Of a DNA stretch of 64,000 nt, positions 1 to 9,331 are shown one piece after another. Both the position numbers and the translations under genes were made by a program. The notes beneath the pieces are model-generated. The model was not told where the DNA came from. It worked only from the letters and a program-made list of their open reading frames with translations, and did not search any database. Numbering within the stretch: position 1 is the stretch's first letter; every line of letters starts with the position of its first letter. The stretch spans positions 233,726 to 297,725 of IMG/VR virus record IMGVR_UViG_3300023278_002893, one strand, 5' to 3'.

Positions 1-643
1 TACTTTCAACATCTTCGCCTGAAAGATACTTTTGTAGAAGGGTGAGTCCGTCTCGAACACTTCCCTCAGCACGGATTGCAACATCATGAATCACCTCACT
101 CGATAGGCTAAGACCTTCCTTTTCAGATACCTGCTTGTAATACTCATTCAGGGTATCTGTATCTACATCCGTGAATTCATACAAAGCACATCGAGACCTT
201 ACGGTCGGGATAAGCTTGTGCGGTTCCGTGGTGGACAGAATGAAGGTTGTATTGGGCGGTGGTTCTTCCAGGGTCTTGAGTAGGGCATTGAACGCGTTCT
301 TAGAAAGCATGTGCGCTTCGTCAAGGATAATAACCTTGTGACCCTTACTGGAGTACCTAATTCCTTCAATCATCTCTCTCACGCTATCTACGCCTGTGTT
401 AGACGCAGCGTCGACCTCACTTACCACCATTGACATCTCAGCTTCAGATAGTTCTGGATTGAGAAGTCTGGCTACAATCCTGGCGGAGGTGGTCTTTCCA
501 CATCCTCTTGTACCGGCAAAGATAAGGGCGTGGCCAAGGGTACCCTTCGTCAGTGCGCTTTCTAATTGCTTTACTGTCCCATCCTGGCCAATGACCTCAG
601 AGAAATCCTGGGGTCTGTACTTAAGCGCTAATACATCGCTCAT
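1..643 (-). CDS. dnaX: DNA polymerase III gamma/tau (clamp loader AAA+), runs off the left edge of the window
   Basis: Manual translation MSDVLALKYRPQDFSEVIGQ...FAGTRGCGKTTSARI...EVDAASNTGVDSVRE...KVIILDEAHMLSKNAFNALLKTLEEPP...SRC; AAGGA RBS; missing from the ORF track because it is truncated. Confidence 0.95.
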   Translation of the reverse strand, partial: MSDVLALKYRPQDFSEVIGQDGTVKQLESALTKGTLGHALIFAGTRGCGKTTSARIVARLLNPELSEAEMSMVVSEVDAASNTGVDSVREMIEGIRYSSKGHKVIILDEAHMLSKNAFNALLKTLEEPPPNTTFILSTTEPHKLIPTVRSRCALYEFTDVDTDTLNEYYKQVSEKEGLSLSSEVIHDVAIRAEGSVRDGLTLLQKYLSGEDVES

Positions 644-665
644 AGTTAAATCCTTTCCTTATGTT

Positions 666-899
666 TTACTCCAACAGACCTAAAGCTGCCTTTACCTTGT
701 CGTTATGTGTGTAGTCCTCGGGATCAACCTTCCAGTTACCCTTCATCCGATGACGTCCCCAATGGGCGCCGCAATCATCACAGATGAACCAACGGGTGTC
801 GGGCATCATTCTTAAGAACCGATAATCTGAGGGCGCGTCCGTCATTGAGGCGTCGCAGCACTTTGAACGGATGTCCTCGTAACTTCTTTCCTCTGCCAT
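666..899 (-). CDS. hypothetical protein, possible Zn-ribbon
   Basis: GGAG RBS; CC...CDDC cysteines; in operon order upstream of dnaX. Confidence 0.65.
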   Translation of the reverse strand: MAEERSYEDIRSKCCDASMTDAPSDYRFLRMMPDTRWFICDDCGAHWGRHRMKGNWKVDPEDYTHNDKVKAALGLLE

Positions 900-1034
900 G
901 TTGTTCTCCTTAAAACGTAATTTTAGCTAGGTTTATTTGTAGCACACTTTGATGTAGGTACACCAATAGAGAAGAGTGTTATAGGTAACTCTGTAATGTA
1001 AACAGTGAGGGCCTCTAACGAGACCTTTATACTA

Positions 1035-1301
1035 TCACTGTCGATTGTGTCGCCCATTTATAATATTCCTCAATCTGCGAAGCTTGAAAGGCCATCTGTC
1101 TTTTAGTATCCGGGTACATTGTTCTCGACTAACGGCAGAATACACATCTCCGCCTAAGAGTCTAATAATTATCTTCAGTCGCTCTCGTACTATATAAACA
1201 CCAACTTCAGAAAGGTGCTTTTTATTTACGAGATTGATTACAACACTGATGGACTTATGCAGTCGCTTCTTCTCTACCGGTGTGAGAGTTTTGTAGAGCA
1301 T
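1035..1301 (-). CDS. hypothetical basic protein
   Basis: GGAG RBS before ATG; overlaps the 3' end of deoC by 47 nt. Confidence 0.5.
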   Translation of the reverse strand: MLYKTLTPVEKKRLHKSISVVINLVNKKHLSEVGVYIVRERLKIIIRLLGGDVYSAVSREQCTRILKDRWPFKLRRLRNIINGRHNRQ

Positions 1302-1974
1302 TAAACTCCTCCATTATCTTCACACCTGCACTAGTTCCTAGCCTGTCTGCTCCCGCTTCAATCATCGCCAGTGCGGTATCCAAATCACTTATACCCGCCG
1401 AGGCTTTGATCAGGGGGCGAGAAGCATTGCCCCTTAGTTCTGACCAACGCGCAACATCTTCTACCTGGGCTCCGGCACTGCCGAACCCGGTGGAAGTTTT
1501 AATGTAGTCTATGTGCGGCGCGTAGTCCTTGATATAATGGAAAATGGTATCCTTTTCTTTCTCGGTCAGATAGCAAGTCTCCACGATACATTTTAACGTT
1601 CCTCCAGCATTGGAAGCAGTTTTGCCCATCAACTGGAGTTCTTTAATTATAAGATCAAACTTCTTGTTTTTCAATTCACCATAGTTCAGAACAAAGTCAA
1701 TCTCGTCAATCCCACGCCCAAAGAAATAACGTGCCTCTTCCACCTTAAGTTGGAGAGGGATGTTGCCGTGGGGAAATCCTACAACTGTACATACTTTGAT
1801 GTGTGAATAACCTGTTGTATTTAACACCTGTCTAGCAGGCACTGCCATATATGGAGATAAACAGATTGCTGCGAATTCATATTCAATTGCTTCGTCCAGC
1901 AATTTCTCGAACTGTTCTTCAGTGGCATTCGGCTTGAGAAGCGAATGATCTATGTAAGTATTAAGAGGTCTCAT
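1255..1974 (-). CDS. deoC: deoxyribose-phosphate aldolase
   Basis: IDHSLLKP, VCTVVGFPHG, EIDFVLNYG, LKCIVET, YIKTSTGF, IKASAGI, GADRLGTS motifs; the second ATG (1974) is the likelier start. Confidence 0.95.
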   Translation of the reverse strand: MRPLNTYIDHSLLKPNATEEQFEKLLDEAIEYEFAAICLSPYMAVPARQVLNTTGYSHIKVCTVVGFPHGNIPLQLKVEEARYFFGRGIDEIDFVLNYGELKNKKFDLIIKELQLMGKTASNAGGTLKCIVETCYLTEKEKDTIFHYIKDYAPHIDYIKTSTGFGSAGAQVEDVARWSELRGNASRPLIKASAGISDLDTALAMIEAGADRLGTSAGVKIMEEFNALQNSHTGREEATA

Positions 1975-2242
1975 TACGTCTCTCTTTTTCTTTTTCAATG
2001 GCTTGATTGAATACCGTAGATGCTCTATCTAAATGTTCATCGGTCCAATACTGGAGAAAGAATACCTGGTTCCCAAATAAGAGAGCAGTGCCTGCCCCCT
2101 CGACGTCGTAAAAATCAAAACCAAGTTCCTCTCCCCGTTCCTGGGTAAAAGTAAAACCTTTCTCCGTAGTAGTAACCTTATTACCATCAGAATCAACATC
2201 ACCTACTACATAAGTGCCCTTGCTTTCTATAATGTGCGTCAT
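1961..2242 (-). CDS. hypothetical protein
   Basis: ORF tightly packed in the operon; overlaps the deoC start. Confidence 0.65.
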   Translation of the reverse strand: MTHIIESKGTYVVGDVDSDGNKVTTTEKGFTFTQERGEELGFDFYDVEGAGTALLFGNQVFFLQYWTDEHLDRASTVFNQAIEKEKERRNETS

Positions 2243-2257
2243 TTTTAATCCCTTTCA

Positions 2258-2629
2258 TTAAAATACTTCATGTCCCATTTCTCTTATGAAGTGTATGATA
2301 TCATCCTCTAAATCATCAAAGGCGGGTCCGTGATCCCATTCTTTCAAATGGGCCAGTTCGTGCGACAACGTTGATAATATAGTCTTACTCGATAGCGCTA
2401 TGCGCGGTTTGTTTAACTGGTGTAATCGAATATATAAAATCTTTTCGTTACAATTCCTTTCGTCAATATGTTTAGCACCAATACATTTTTTACAGGGCCA
2501 GCAAATACCGTAATACTGGGCTAATTTCTTAGTTTCTGGCACGATCTTTCCATAGGTCATTCCGAAATGTGCACATACCTTATCCGCAATTTCGTGCATG
2601 TCTTTCCATAGAATGATACTATTTGTCAT
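2258..2629 (-). CDS. zincin-like metalloprotease (WLM/SprT/YgjP-like)
   Basis: LSHELAHLKEWDHGPAF = HExxH plus a third His. Confidence 0.75.
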   Translation of the reverse strand: MTNSIILWKDMHEIADKVCAHFGMTYGKIVPETKKLAQYYGICWPCKKCIGAKHIDERNCNEKILYIRLHQLNKPRIALSSKTILSTLSHELAHLKEWDHGPAFDDLEDDIIHFIREMGHEVF

Positions 2630-2678
2630 TTAGGTAGATCACCTCCAGCGTATTTGTTTATCTCCTATAGGTAAATTC

Positions 2679-3155
2679 TCAGACTGCGAATTTTTCGTCA
2701 TTGGCTTGTTCCACGCGGCGGGCCATAGTAATCTCTCTATCAAAGAAGAATCTAATCTCTCTATCAACATCTACATCGTTAGCGCTGCCGTGTATTGCGT
2801 TTAGAGTAATGTTATTGTGATCCCCGAAGTCGTGTCGTATAGTCCCAGCCGTTGCCTCTGCGGGATGTGTCGCACCAATTAATTCCCGAAACTCACTAAT
2901 ACCGTCGTGTTTCATTATTACCATTGGCCATACCGGACCCGCACATATAGTGGTGATCAGGTTAGGAAAGAAATCCTTATCCTTGTGCTCTTCATAGAAG
3001 AACTCCGCGCCCTCCTTGTGAATCTGAACTGATTTGACAATCAATATTGCAAATCCAGCATCTTCGATTCTGGAAATAATCTCACCCACTTTTCTGGCTC
3101 TAACGGCGTGGGGCTTAATCATCCCCAATGTTATGTGATCTACGGTCTCATTCAT
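2679..3155 (-). CDS. ndk: nucleoside diphosphate kinase
   Basis: TLGMIKPHAV, GTIRHDFG, NAIHGS (catalytic His), EIRFFF. Confidence 0.95.
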   Translation of the reverse strand: MNETVDHITLGMIKPHAVRARKVGEIISRIEDAGFAILIVKSVQIHKEGAEFFYEEHKDKDFFPNLITTICAGPVWPMVIMKHDGISEFRELIGATHPAEATAGTIRHDFGDHNNITLNAIHGSANDVDVDREIRFFFDREITMARRVEQANDEKFAV

Positions 3156-3409
3156 TTTGTACGCACCCTAACTCTGACTTTCCACCCTTCATCCGAGGAG
3201 CCCCTCTCCCAGGTACTATCAGGATAGAATATTTTCATTACGTGGATAATATAGTTCCAGTTGTTCTCAGTGTTGGGCATACCACCATTGAGAAGTAATT
3301 CTTTCGCGCTCCAAGTCCCAGCACGCCATTGACCTGCGTTCTCTCCCTCCGTTGATAGGAGAGTATCAATTCCTCTTACTAAACTTTCATGTTCTTGGAC
3401 GGTAGGCAT
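3152..3409 (-). CDS. hypothetical protein
   Basis: ATGA/TAATG overlaps with both neighbours. Confidence 0.7.
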   Translation of the reverse strand: MPTVQEHESLVRGIDTLLSTEGENAGQWRAGTWSAKELLLNGGMPNTENNWNYIIHVMKIFYPDSTWERGSSDEGWKVRVRVRTK

Positions 3410-3921
3410 TAGTCCCAGGCCTCGTATATTAGTTTCTCGATCTTATCTCTGTAATTTCTCATTAAATACATCTCAAATAGCATTCTCTCCCAGAGATCGG
3501 GATTACTGATTCCCAGATACTTATCCCTTTCCAGGGCAAGTTTTATCTTGATCACGTTGGTTAGTTGATGTCGCCAGACAAAGAATTCTAGATATGCGGT
3601 ATCTAAAGTTGAGATTTGTGCCGCATTTCCTTCGTCCAGCGAAGAGCCTGCGGTCAATTCCCATAAGCGCTCACAGCGCGCGTTTCGATCTCTAAGCTCT
3701 TTTATATTGGATGCGTCACCCCCTTCCACTATGAAACGCATAAAAGCACTGTCCATCGCAATTACACAGCTTCTGGCGGACATTAGAGACGTGTGATAGG
3801 TAAATCTTTGTTCGTTCCGCGCCATTTCCTCAGTAAGGGTATCCACACCACTCCTGTACTCTAATCCCAAAGCTCCCAGTAAAACTACAAGCACGAGTAA
3901 TACAGAAAGCACTATTCGCAT
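3409..3921 (-). CDS. hypothetical protein with N-terminal membrane anchor
   Basis: MRIVLSVLLVLVVLLGALGL; coupled stop/start with neighbours. Confidence 0.7.
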   Translation of the reverse strand: MRIVLSVLLVLVVLLGALGLEYRSGVDTLTEEMARNEQRFTYHTSLMSARSCVIAMDSAFMRFIVEGGDASNIKELRDRNARCERLWELTAGSSLDEGNAAQISTLDTAYLEFFVWRHQLTNVIKIKLALERDKYLGISNPDLWERMLFEMYLMRNYRDKIEKLIYEAWD

Positions 3922-4229
3922 CAGAACCTCCCAATATTAAGCAGTTGTGGTTTCTCTTCCTCCATATCTTTTAATGTTCGATTAAGTCCCTCTACTAGTG
4001 TCTTGACTTCTTCCAAAGGTACAGAAACTATGGTAGTAAGTCTTGCGATTTCACTACCAAAATGATCTTTGATTCTCTTCTTATCGGCGGTCATGGTGTC
4101 AGGATCTTCCTTTTGAAATGACACATAGACCTCGCCCTCACCACTAATACCAATGAAATTACAACCAGGACATTCTACCTCTATGAAATCCCCCAAACGC
4201 TTCTGAACAGGATCATTTTTTGAGTTCAT
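3921..4229 (-). CDS. hypothetical protein
   Basis: GGGAGAG RBS; CPGC; coupled to the next gene. Confidence 0.65.
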   Translation of the reverse strand: MNSKNDPVQKRLGDFIEVECPGCNFIGISGEGEVYVSFQKEDPDTMTADKKRIKDHFGSEIARLTTIVSVPLEEVKTLVEGLNRTLKDMEEEKPQLLNIGRF

Positions 4230-4475
4230 CTAGCTCCCTCCATCTGAAATAGAAATCAGACATTGATGTGTGGATCCAAAGAGCCGCGCCCGGATTCTTC
4301 TCTACCGTAGATTTAACTAGTTCCAGCAGCATCATCTTTGTTATATAGTCGAGCATTGGGGGTTTATCTTTAGGAGCCATTATTATTATAAACTTCTTCT
4401 GTTTTATTTACCATGTGGATTAACCAAACAGCCTCTATCATGCAGGCGTTCATATCCTCAAGGGGAATTGAATGG

Positions 4476-5084
4476 TCATCTAGTACCTCTCGCATATATT
4501 TTAGCATTGGTAGTTGGGCCATAAGCTATCCTCCTCGCCTCTTCCAGATCGTATAGAAAATCCTCTTCGATCTTCGTATTTCGGTTACGTAATACGTAGG
4601 ACGGATGGTATATAATGGAAACTAAGATATCCTCATCAAACGGTAGGGGTTCTACCCTCCCGCGCTCCTTGGTGATCTTGATCTTGCGCCCAAGGAGATG
4701 GCTTGCTGATATTCTACCTAATGTTACTATAAGTTTAGGTTTCAGCACAGATACCTGGTCTTTCAACCAAGGCATACATGCCTCTACTTCTACTGGTAAG
4801 GGATCACGATTATCAGGAGGACGGCACTTGACGATATTAGTAATGAATACATCACTCCTATCTAATCCAACCTTCCTCAGAGATTCGGTCAGTATTTGAC
4901 CGGATCTCCCCACGAAAGGTTCCCCTTGGTTATCTTCATTTTCTCCAGGTGCTTCCCCCACTATCATTATTCCCCTCGAAAGGAGGTTGGTACCGGGAAT
5001 GGGACTCCTGCACGTTTTGTGCAGATCACATTTGGTACATAGTAGGATCTCAGAACTACAAATACTGACCATGTCCTTCACCAT
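4476..5084 (-). CDS. family-4 uracil-DNA glycosylase (4Fe-4S)
   Basis: CTKCDL, GEAPGENEDNQGEPFVGRSG, NIVKCRPPDNRDP, EACMPWL, YHPSY. Confidence 0.95.
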   Translation of the reverse strand: MVKDMVSICSSEILLCTKCDLHKTCRSPIPGTNLLSRGIMIVGEAPGENEDNQGEPFVGRSGQILTESLRKVGLDRSDVFITNIVKCRPPDNRDPLPVEVEACMPWLKDQVSVLKPKLIVTLGRISASHLLGRKIKITKERGRVEPLPFDEDILVSIIYHPSYVLRNRNTKIEEDFLYDLEEARRIAYGPTTNAKIYARGTR

Positions 5085-5370
5085 TTACTTCCTCTCCACT
5101 CACCGTAGTGGGTGTTCTCTTTCCTCCCATCATGGAAGGATCCATTTGCATCCCCATGGGCATCCCCTCCATTCCAGGCATTCTGTCGAACATCGAAGGA
5201 TCAACTTCTCCGCTGTCCATCATGTTCTTTAGATTTTCTTCATATTTTTTCTGGATTCGCCGGACATACCACGTGCCAAAAGTTACGCTTATCAATTGAA
5301 GCAAAATGTTGCCTAATACGAACGCAGCCAAAACCGACCAGAATATTTCCCAACTAAAACCAAAGAGCAT
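5056..5370 (-). CDS. membrane protein with Met/Gly/Pro-rich tail
   Basis: AGGAG RBS; N-terminal TM helix; MPGMEGMPMGMQMDPSMMGG. Confidence 0.75.
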   Translation of the reverse strand: MLFGFSWEIFWSVLAAFVLGNILLQLISVTFGTWYVRRIQKKYEENLKNMMDSGEVDPSMFDRMPGMEGMPMGMQMDPSMMGGKRTPTTVSGEEVNGEGHGQYL

Positions 5371-5391
5371 TTATGGTCTCCTTTATATTCA

Positions 5392-5420
5392 ATTATATTT
5401 ATTTTGGGGGGTGATGTCAA
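5392..5420 (-). promoter_or_regulatory. sigma70 consensus promoter
   Basis: Minus-strand TTGACA (5420-5415), 17 nt spacer, TATAAT (5397-5392). Confidence 0.9.
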
Positions 5421-5811
5421 GTCGTTGGTCCTTCCTGACTTAAGTATTGAATTTTTTTTTTAGCGTTTCGAAATCCGACTTCCCCTTTGTGTTATCTTAT
5501 CCGTCTGTATTCCCTCTTAAATACATTCAGTTTCAATAAGGTTTTCCGTGATACGCCTGCTCGCTGTCGATCGGAAAATTCTTCCCATAGTTTATCTTCC
5601 GATCTCGTCACCCCCGCATCCCCCACACCCAATTCCTCTCTCAGAGCTGCTCACTCTCTTGGTTTCTAAAGACTGGACTCTCTAACCCATATGGTATTCC
5701 CTCTTATGGAGAAGGTATAGATCAGTGGGTGATCCTCTCTCTAAAGGATCTACACTTGCCCCATCAGATTATTTGATACCCGCGCGATAATATTAGGTTT
5801 TTACACCCTTT

Positions 5812-6060
5812 TTACCGCCCACCTTGTCCGCAACCGAGATGCTTGTTTCTCCGGTTCCTAGCATGCGATGTTGTCCGGGGCGCTCCCGCATCATAGGGAC
5901 TCGCTACGCTTCGTCCCGGGGAGCCATTGGGAGGAGGATACACCTTCTCCCATTTCGCCTGATCTTCTCTGTCTCTCTTCTCCATCCTGAAAATTATATC
6001 CTCAAGAACCTCTACCCGTTGCTCCAGAATTTCCATTCTCGACTTCGATGATGCTGGCAT
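5812..6060 (-). CDS. hypothetical protein
   Basis: Co-directional ORF starting 3 nt after the stop of 6064..6363. Confidence 0.55.
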   Translation of the reverse strand: MPASSKSRMEILEQRVEVLEDIIFRMEKRDREDQAKWEKVYPPPNGSPGRSVASPYDAGAPRTTSHARNRRNKHLGCGQGGR

Positions 6061-6063
6061 ATT

Positions 6064-6363
6064 TTAATCCTCCGCCATTTTGTTCATGACTTCGTAGGCC
6101 ACTTCGGTACAAACCTCAGCTACGGTTTCCATCTCCTCATCAGTTAGGGGATGAAGCTCTTTCATGTTCTTCATCAAAACTCTCCTGACAACACCTGCGA
6201 TCTCGCCTGGGGTTAATTCAGAAACTGGCAAGTAGCCAATTTCTTCTCGGGCCAGGAGAATTTTCTCTTCTATTGTAATCTGCTCGAGGTCTTCCATTGA
6301 ATACTCATCTGGATTGTTTAATTCCGGTCTCATGCTCTTTGGTTCCTCTTCGTTGTTTAACAT
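6064..6363 (-). CDS. hypothetical acidic protein
   Basis: AAGGAAAAAGAA upstream of ATG; natural-looking composition. Confidence 0.7.
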   Translation of the reverse strand: MLNNEEEPKSMRPELNNPDEYSMEDLEQITIEEKILLAREEIGYLPVSELTPGEIAGVVRRVLMKNMKELHPLTDEEMETVAEVCTEVAYEVMNKMAED

Positions 6364-6435
6364 TTCTTTTCCTTTTCTCGTAAGCGGATAATTTTATTTG
6401 CCGCCTCCAAAAATTCTGCTAAGTGCGGGTAATTA

Positions 6436-6600
6436 CTAACTATCTCTACTTAGAAATTCCTCAATTGCCTTATGTACCCTCTCTTCTGCTTCTAAGATAA
6501 TACGATGGCGTTCTTCCTCAGCCTTCTTCAGTTTTTCTACAATTTCGAAACAAATGCTTCCATTGATTGGAGTATCATCCGTATTTATTCCGATGGACAT
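6436..6600 (-). CDS. small coiled-coil protein
   Basis: GGAG RBS before ATG at 6600 (shorter than the track ORF); KKAEEERHRIILEAEERVHKAIEE. Confidence 0.6.
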   Translation of the reverse strand: MSIGINTDDTPINGSICFEIVEKLKKAEEERHRIILEAEERVHKAIEEFLSRDS

Positions 6601-6640
6601 AGTATCTCCCTCTAACTGTTTATTTGTGCTGCGGGAATCA

Positions 6641-8407
6641 TCAAGGCTGATCTGTGACAACACTGTTAATACCCGTAGCTGTGGCCCCTGTACCCGCGGC
6701 AATATCTATAATACCGGCGTAGTCAGTTCCCACATTTGGAAAATCATCTCCGGGCTTCCAATAGTGTATCAAGCTCGCACTACTTGTATAAGTCCCAGAA
6801 TCTGTCGTGAGGTCGTAATCAAAACCTCCCGAAACTAGAGTCGGATACTGCCCCGGCTCTAGCGCTATATCCCATACCCCTATATGTCCTAAACTACCAG
6901 ACCAAGCCGCTAGCGATGGTGCTGTGTCCTCTAAGAGGTCTCCTACGCGGAGTTGACGTCCACCCGTTGGCTCGTTCATGTTGCCAGTTCCGGAAAATAA
7001 TAAGGTTTGGTCCGTGACAAGTAAGCCCTGATCGTATGCGATCAGGTTGGTCCCGTCCCAGACGCATGAGAAATTCCTCCACTGATTATGCTTCTGGATC
7101 TTATTGAAACGCGTTATACGTAATCTACGACCTAGAGAGTTTCCCAATTCTATGACAAGCTCTTCTTCATATTTGGAGTTTTCTAGTTTGGCCGCCCATA
7201 TCAATATCTCACTTCTAGGGGTGCTCCCCTTTAGGTGTAATAACGTTCTATGACTATCAATTGCTGCTTGTGGGACAAACAGGGTGGGTTTCAACCAAAA
7301 ACCAAACGTCCATGCATTCCCGATACCTATTTCTTGATTGGGGGAACTTTCTAATCTATCACTAGATCCCCCAAATTCTGTGGCTACTGAATTAGTTACC
7401 CCTACTCCCCCAGTAGTTAAACTAACCGCCCATTCTTGTGTCGCTGTCCCCGAAAGAGTAGAAGTTACAACAACTTTGAAATCCTGGCTCGGTTGTTGGC
7501 TTACATGTGGTATCCAAGCAACTGACCCTGTTGTGGGGGATATAGTCGCCCCCTCCGGATTAGTTTCGAATGTATAAGTCAAAGTCAGGTCTTCGTCGCT
7601 TCGTGCATCCACTTCATAGGTGTAAGACTGAGACGTTAGACCTGAAGTAGTTGGTATCCCTGAAATTGTTGGATCGTGGTCATTGTATTGTACTATTAGG
7701 CGGAAACCACCCCCCGCGCGATCTTCTGCATCAAAGAAAACCCGTTCTTCGTCCGACCCGTCCCCGCTACTGCTATTATACCAATCCAGGGCAAATGCGA
7801 TTCCTGAGATTGTCGGGTTTGTACCCCGCCACGCTTCTAAGTTCTCAGCAATGGCATTTGTAGGGGCGGCTGAAAGTTCAAAGTCTGGTGAATAGTCCGG
7901 ATCACCGATTGATCCTGAAGTACCCGTCAAGAAGTCACCACTGTCGTAAGTTATTGTACCTAATTCCGCCCCGCCGAAAACGCGTGATCCGCTAATAGTG
8001 TCTGATAACTCACCCGTAGGGAAAGGAAAATCAGTCGAACTTGTATAAGCCCCCCATCCTCCGGAAGTTCCTGAAAGGGGGACAGTCCAAACACCATCAT
8101 CTTCGAGCATAAACACACGGAAACTATTATCAGTATCTGTTATAACTGGATTCAGGAAGAACGTGGTCTTCCAATTAAGCTTTGCTTTAACATATGACGA
8201 CCTGTTGGGGATGATTGATAAATCATAATAAAGAAATACCGCATCCGTTGGCTCAAATCCCTTACCTCCAACAGCCCCTACCCAGAGCTGCTCGGGGGAT
8301 TCCGGGAGAGGCCAATGCGTCTCTTCATCGACATTGACGCGTACATCCCCCAAAAATCCATGACTATCACTTTCGGATACTGCGAAACTAGATTCCCGTA
8401 ATACCAT
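6641..8407 (-). CDS. putative virion/adhesion protein with Ig-like (cadherin/He_PIG-type) and LamG/concanavalin-like domains
   Basis: SYTYEVDARS...LTYTFETNPEGATISPTTGSVAW (Ig-like); WTFGFWLKP...FSCVWDGTNLIAY...WSGSLGHIGVWD (LamG-like); S/T/G-rich. Confidence 0.7.
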   Translation of the reverse strand: MVLRESSFAVSESDSHGFLGDVRVNVDEETHWPLPESPEQLWVGAVGGKGFEPTDAVFLYYDLSIIPNRSSYVKAKLNWKTTFFLNPVITDTDNSFRVFMLEDDGVWTVPLSGTSGGWGAYTSSTDFPFPTGELSDTISGSRVFGGAELGTITYDSGDFLTGTSGSIGDPDYSPDFELSAAPTNAIAENLEAWRGTNPTISGIAFALDWYNSSSGDGSDEERVFFDAEDRAGGGFRLIVQYNDHDPTISGIPTTSGLTSQSYTYEVDARSDEDLTLTYTFETNPEGATISPTTGSVAWIPHVSQQPSQDFKVVVTSTLSGTATQEWAVSLTTGGVGVTNSVATEFGGSSDRLESSPNQEIGIGNAWTFGFWLKPTLFVPQAAIDSHRTLLHLKGSTPRSEILIWAAKLENSKYEEELVIELGNSLGRRLRITRFNKIQKHNQWRNFSCVWDGTNLIAYDQGLLVTDQTLLFSGTGNMNEPTGGRQLRVGDLLEDTAPSLAAWSGSLGHIGVWDIALEPGQYPTLVSGGFDYDLTTDSGTYTSSASLIHYWKPGDDFPNVGTDYAGIIDIAAGTGATATGINSVVTDQP

Positions 8408-8411
8408 TTAG

Positions 8412-9008
8412 TTAAGGGTTGCGGCGGATAGATACGTGCGTGCCATCTCCTAATTTAGTATGTTGGAAATTTCCAACTAGTGGCGTAAGAATGTCAGATA
8501 CTCTGTCTGAACGCCATTGATGTCCAAACTCCGTAGGAAAATCCCACTGCATAAGTCTGAATATTTTATTTCCGCCCTTAAATTCTAGATCCGTCTCAAG
8601 AAATGCCTTCATTAGGAAAGCAAAGGATCTATTAGCGGTATGTCCTGGTATATTGCGAATACCCGGAGTTATCATAGCAGATACTTCCATTAAATTCCCA
8701 TCATCGGATTCTGTACGTACATTATAAAGATTACATGTACCCAGAAGCACATCTCGTTTATTGTTCTGATCTAAGGTATAGACTCCAAAATTGACTACAC
8801 CCAAGTCATCGTCATAAGTAGGGGAATCTCTTCTACAGAGGAAGACGTCAGGTTTATCTGCGAGTTCAATTGCTCGGAATATAACCCTTCTGAGAATTTT
8901 TATCGCCTGATGACGCCGATCTCTAGTCATATCCCTAAAATGAACGAGTCTTATATCCGCGCCGCGGGGATTAGTAATTGTAAAAGGCTTTATGGCAGGT
9001 AATTTCAT
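8412..9008 (-). CDS. hypothetical protein (weak GNAT-like appearance)
   Basis: Packed ORF; FGVY...LLGTCNLYNV is only loosely GNAT-like. Confidence 0.6.
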   Translation of the reverse strand: MKLPAIKPFTITNPRGADIRLVHFRDMTRDRRHQAIKILRRVIFRAIELADKPDVFLCRRDSPTYDDDLGVVNFGVYTLDQNNKRDVLLGTCNLYNVRTESDDGNLMEVSAMITPGIRNIPGHTANRSFAFLMKAFLETDLEFKGGNKIFRLMQWDFPTEFGHQWRSDRVSDILTPLVGNFQHTKLGDGTHVSIRRNP

Positions 9009-9012
9009 TTTA

Positions 9013-9327
9013 CTAACCTCTAGGGTTCCTCAGTTGATTGAGGTGGTGGATTGCCAATACGTCATCCGCCGCATCTGCTAAATTCTTTTCATCTAGGGGA
9101 TCAAGTACTAAACCCAAAAGAGACTCAACCTGACGAGGACCATATTCCTCATTCAGTAGAGCCTCTTCATTTGTTTCGTCAATGGAGATAGAAGTGTGGT
9201 GATGCATTTTATCTCGCCAATCTGCTTCTAGTAAATCCGCATCGTCACACTTTTCAGTTGGCGCAAAAATACTCTGTTTGCGACGCGTCTTCAGTTCCTC
9301 CTGAAATATATCATTGACCTTTGTCAT
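9013..9327 (-). CDS. hypothetical protein
   Basis: 4-nt gaps to both neighbours. Confidence 0.7.
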   Translation of the reverse strand: MTKVNDIFQEELKTRRKQSIFAPTEKCDDADLLEADWRDKMHHHTSISIDETNEEALLNEEYGPRQVESLLGLVLDPLDEKNLADAADDVLAIHHLNQLRNPRG

Positions 9328-9331
9328 TGTT

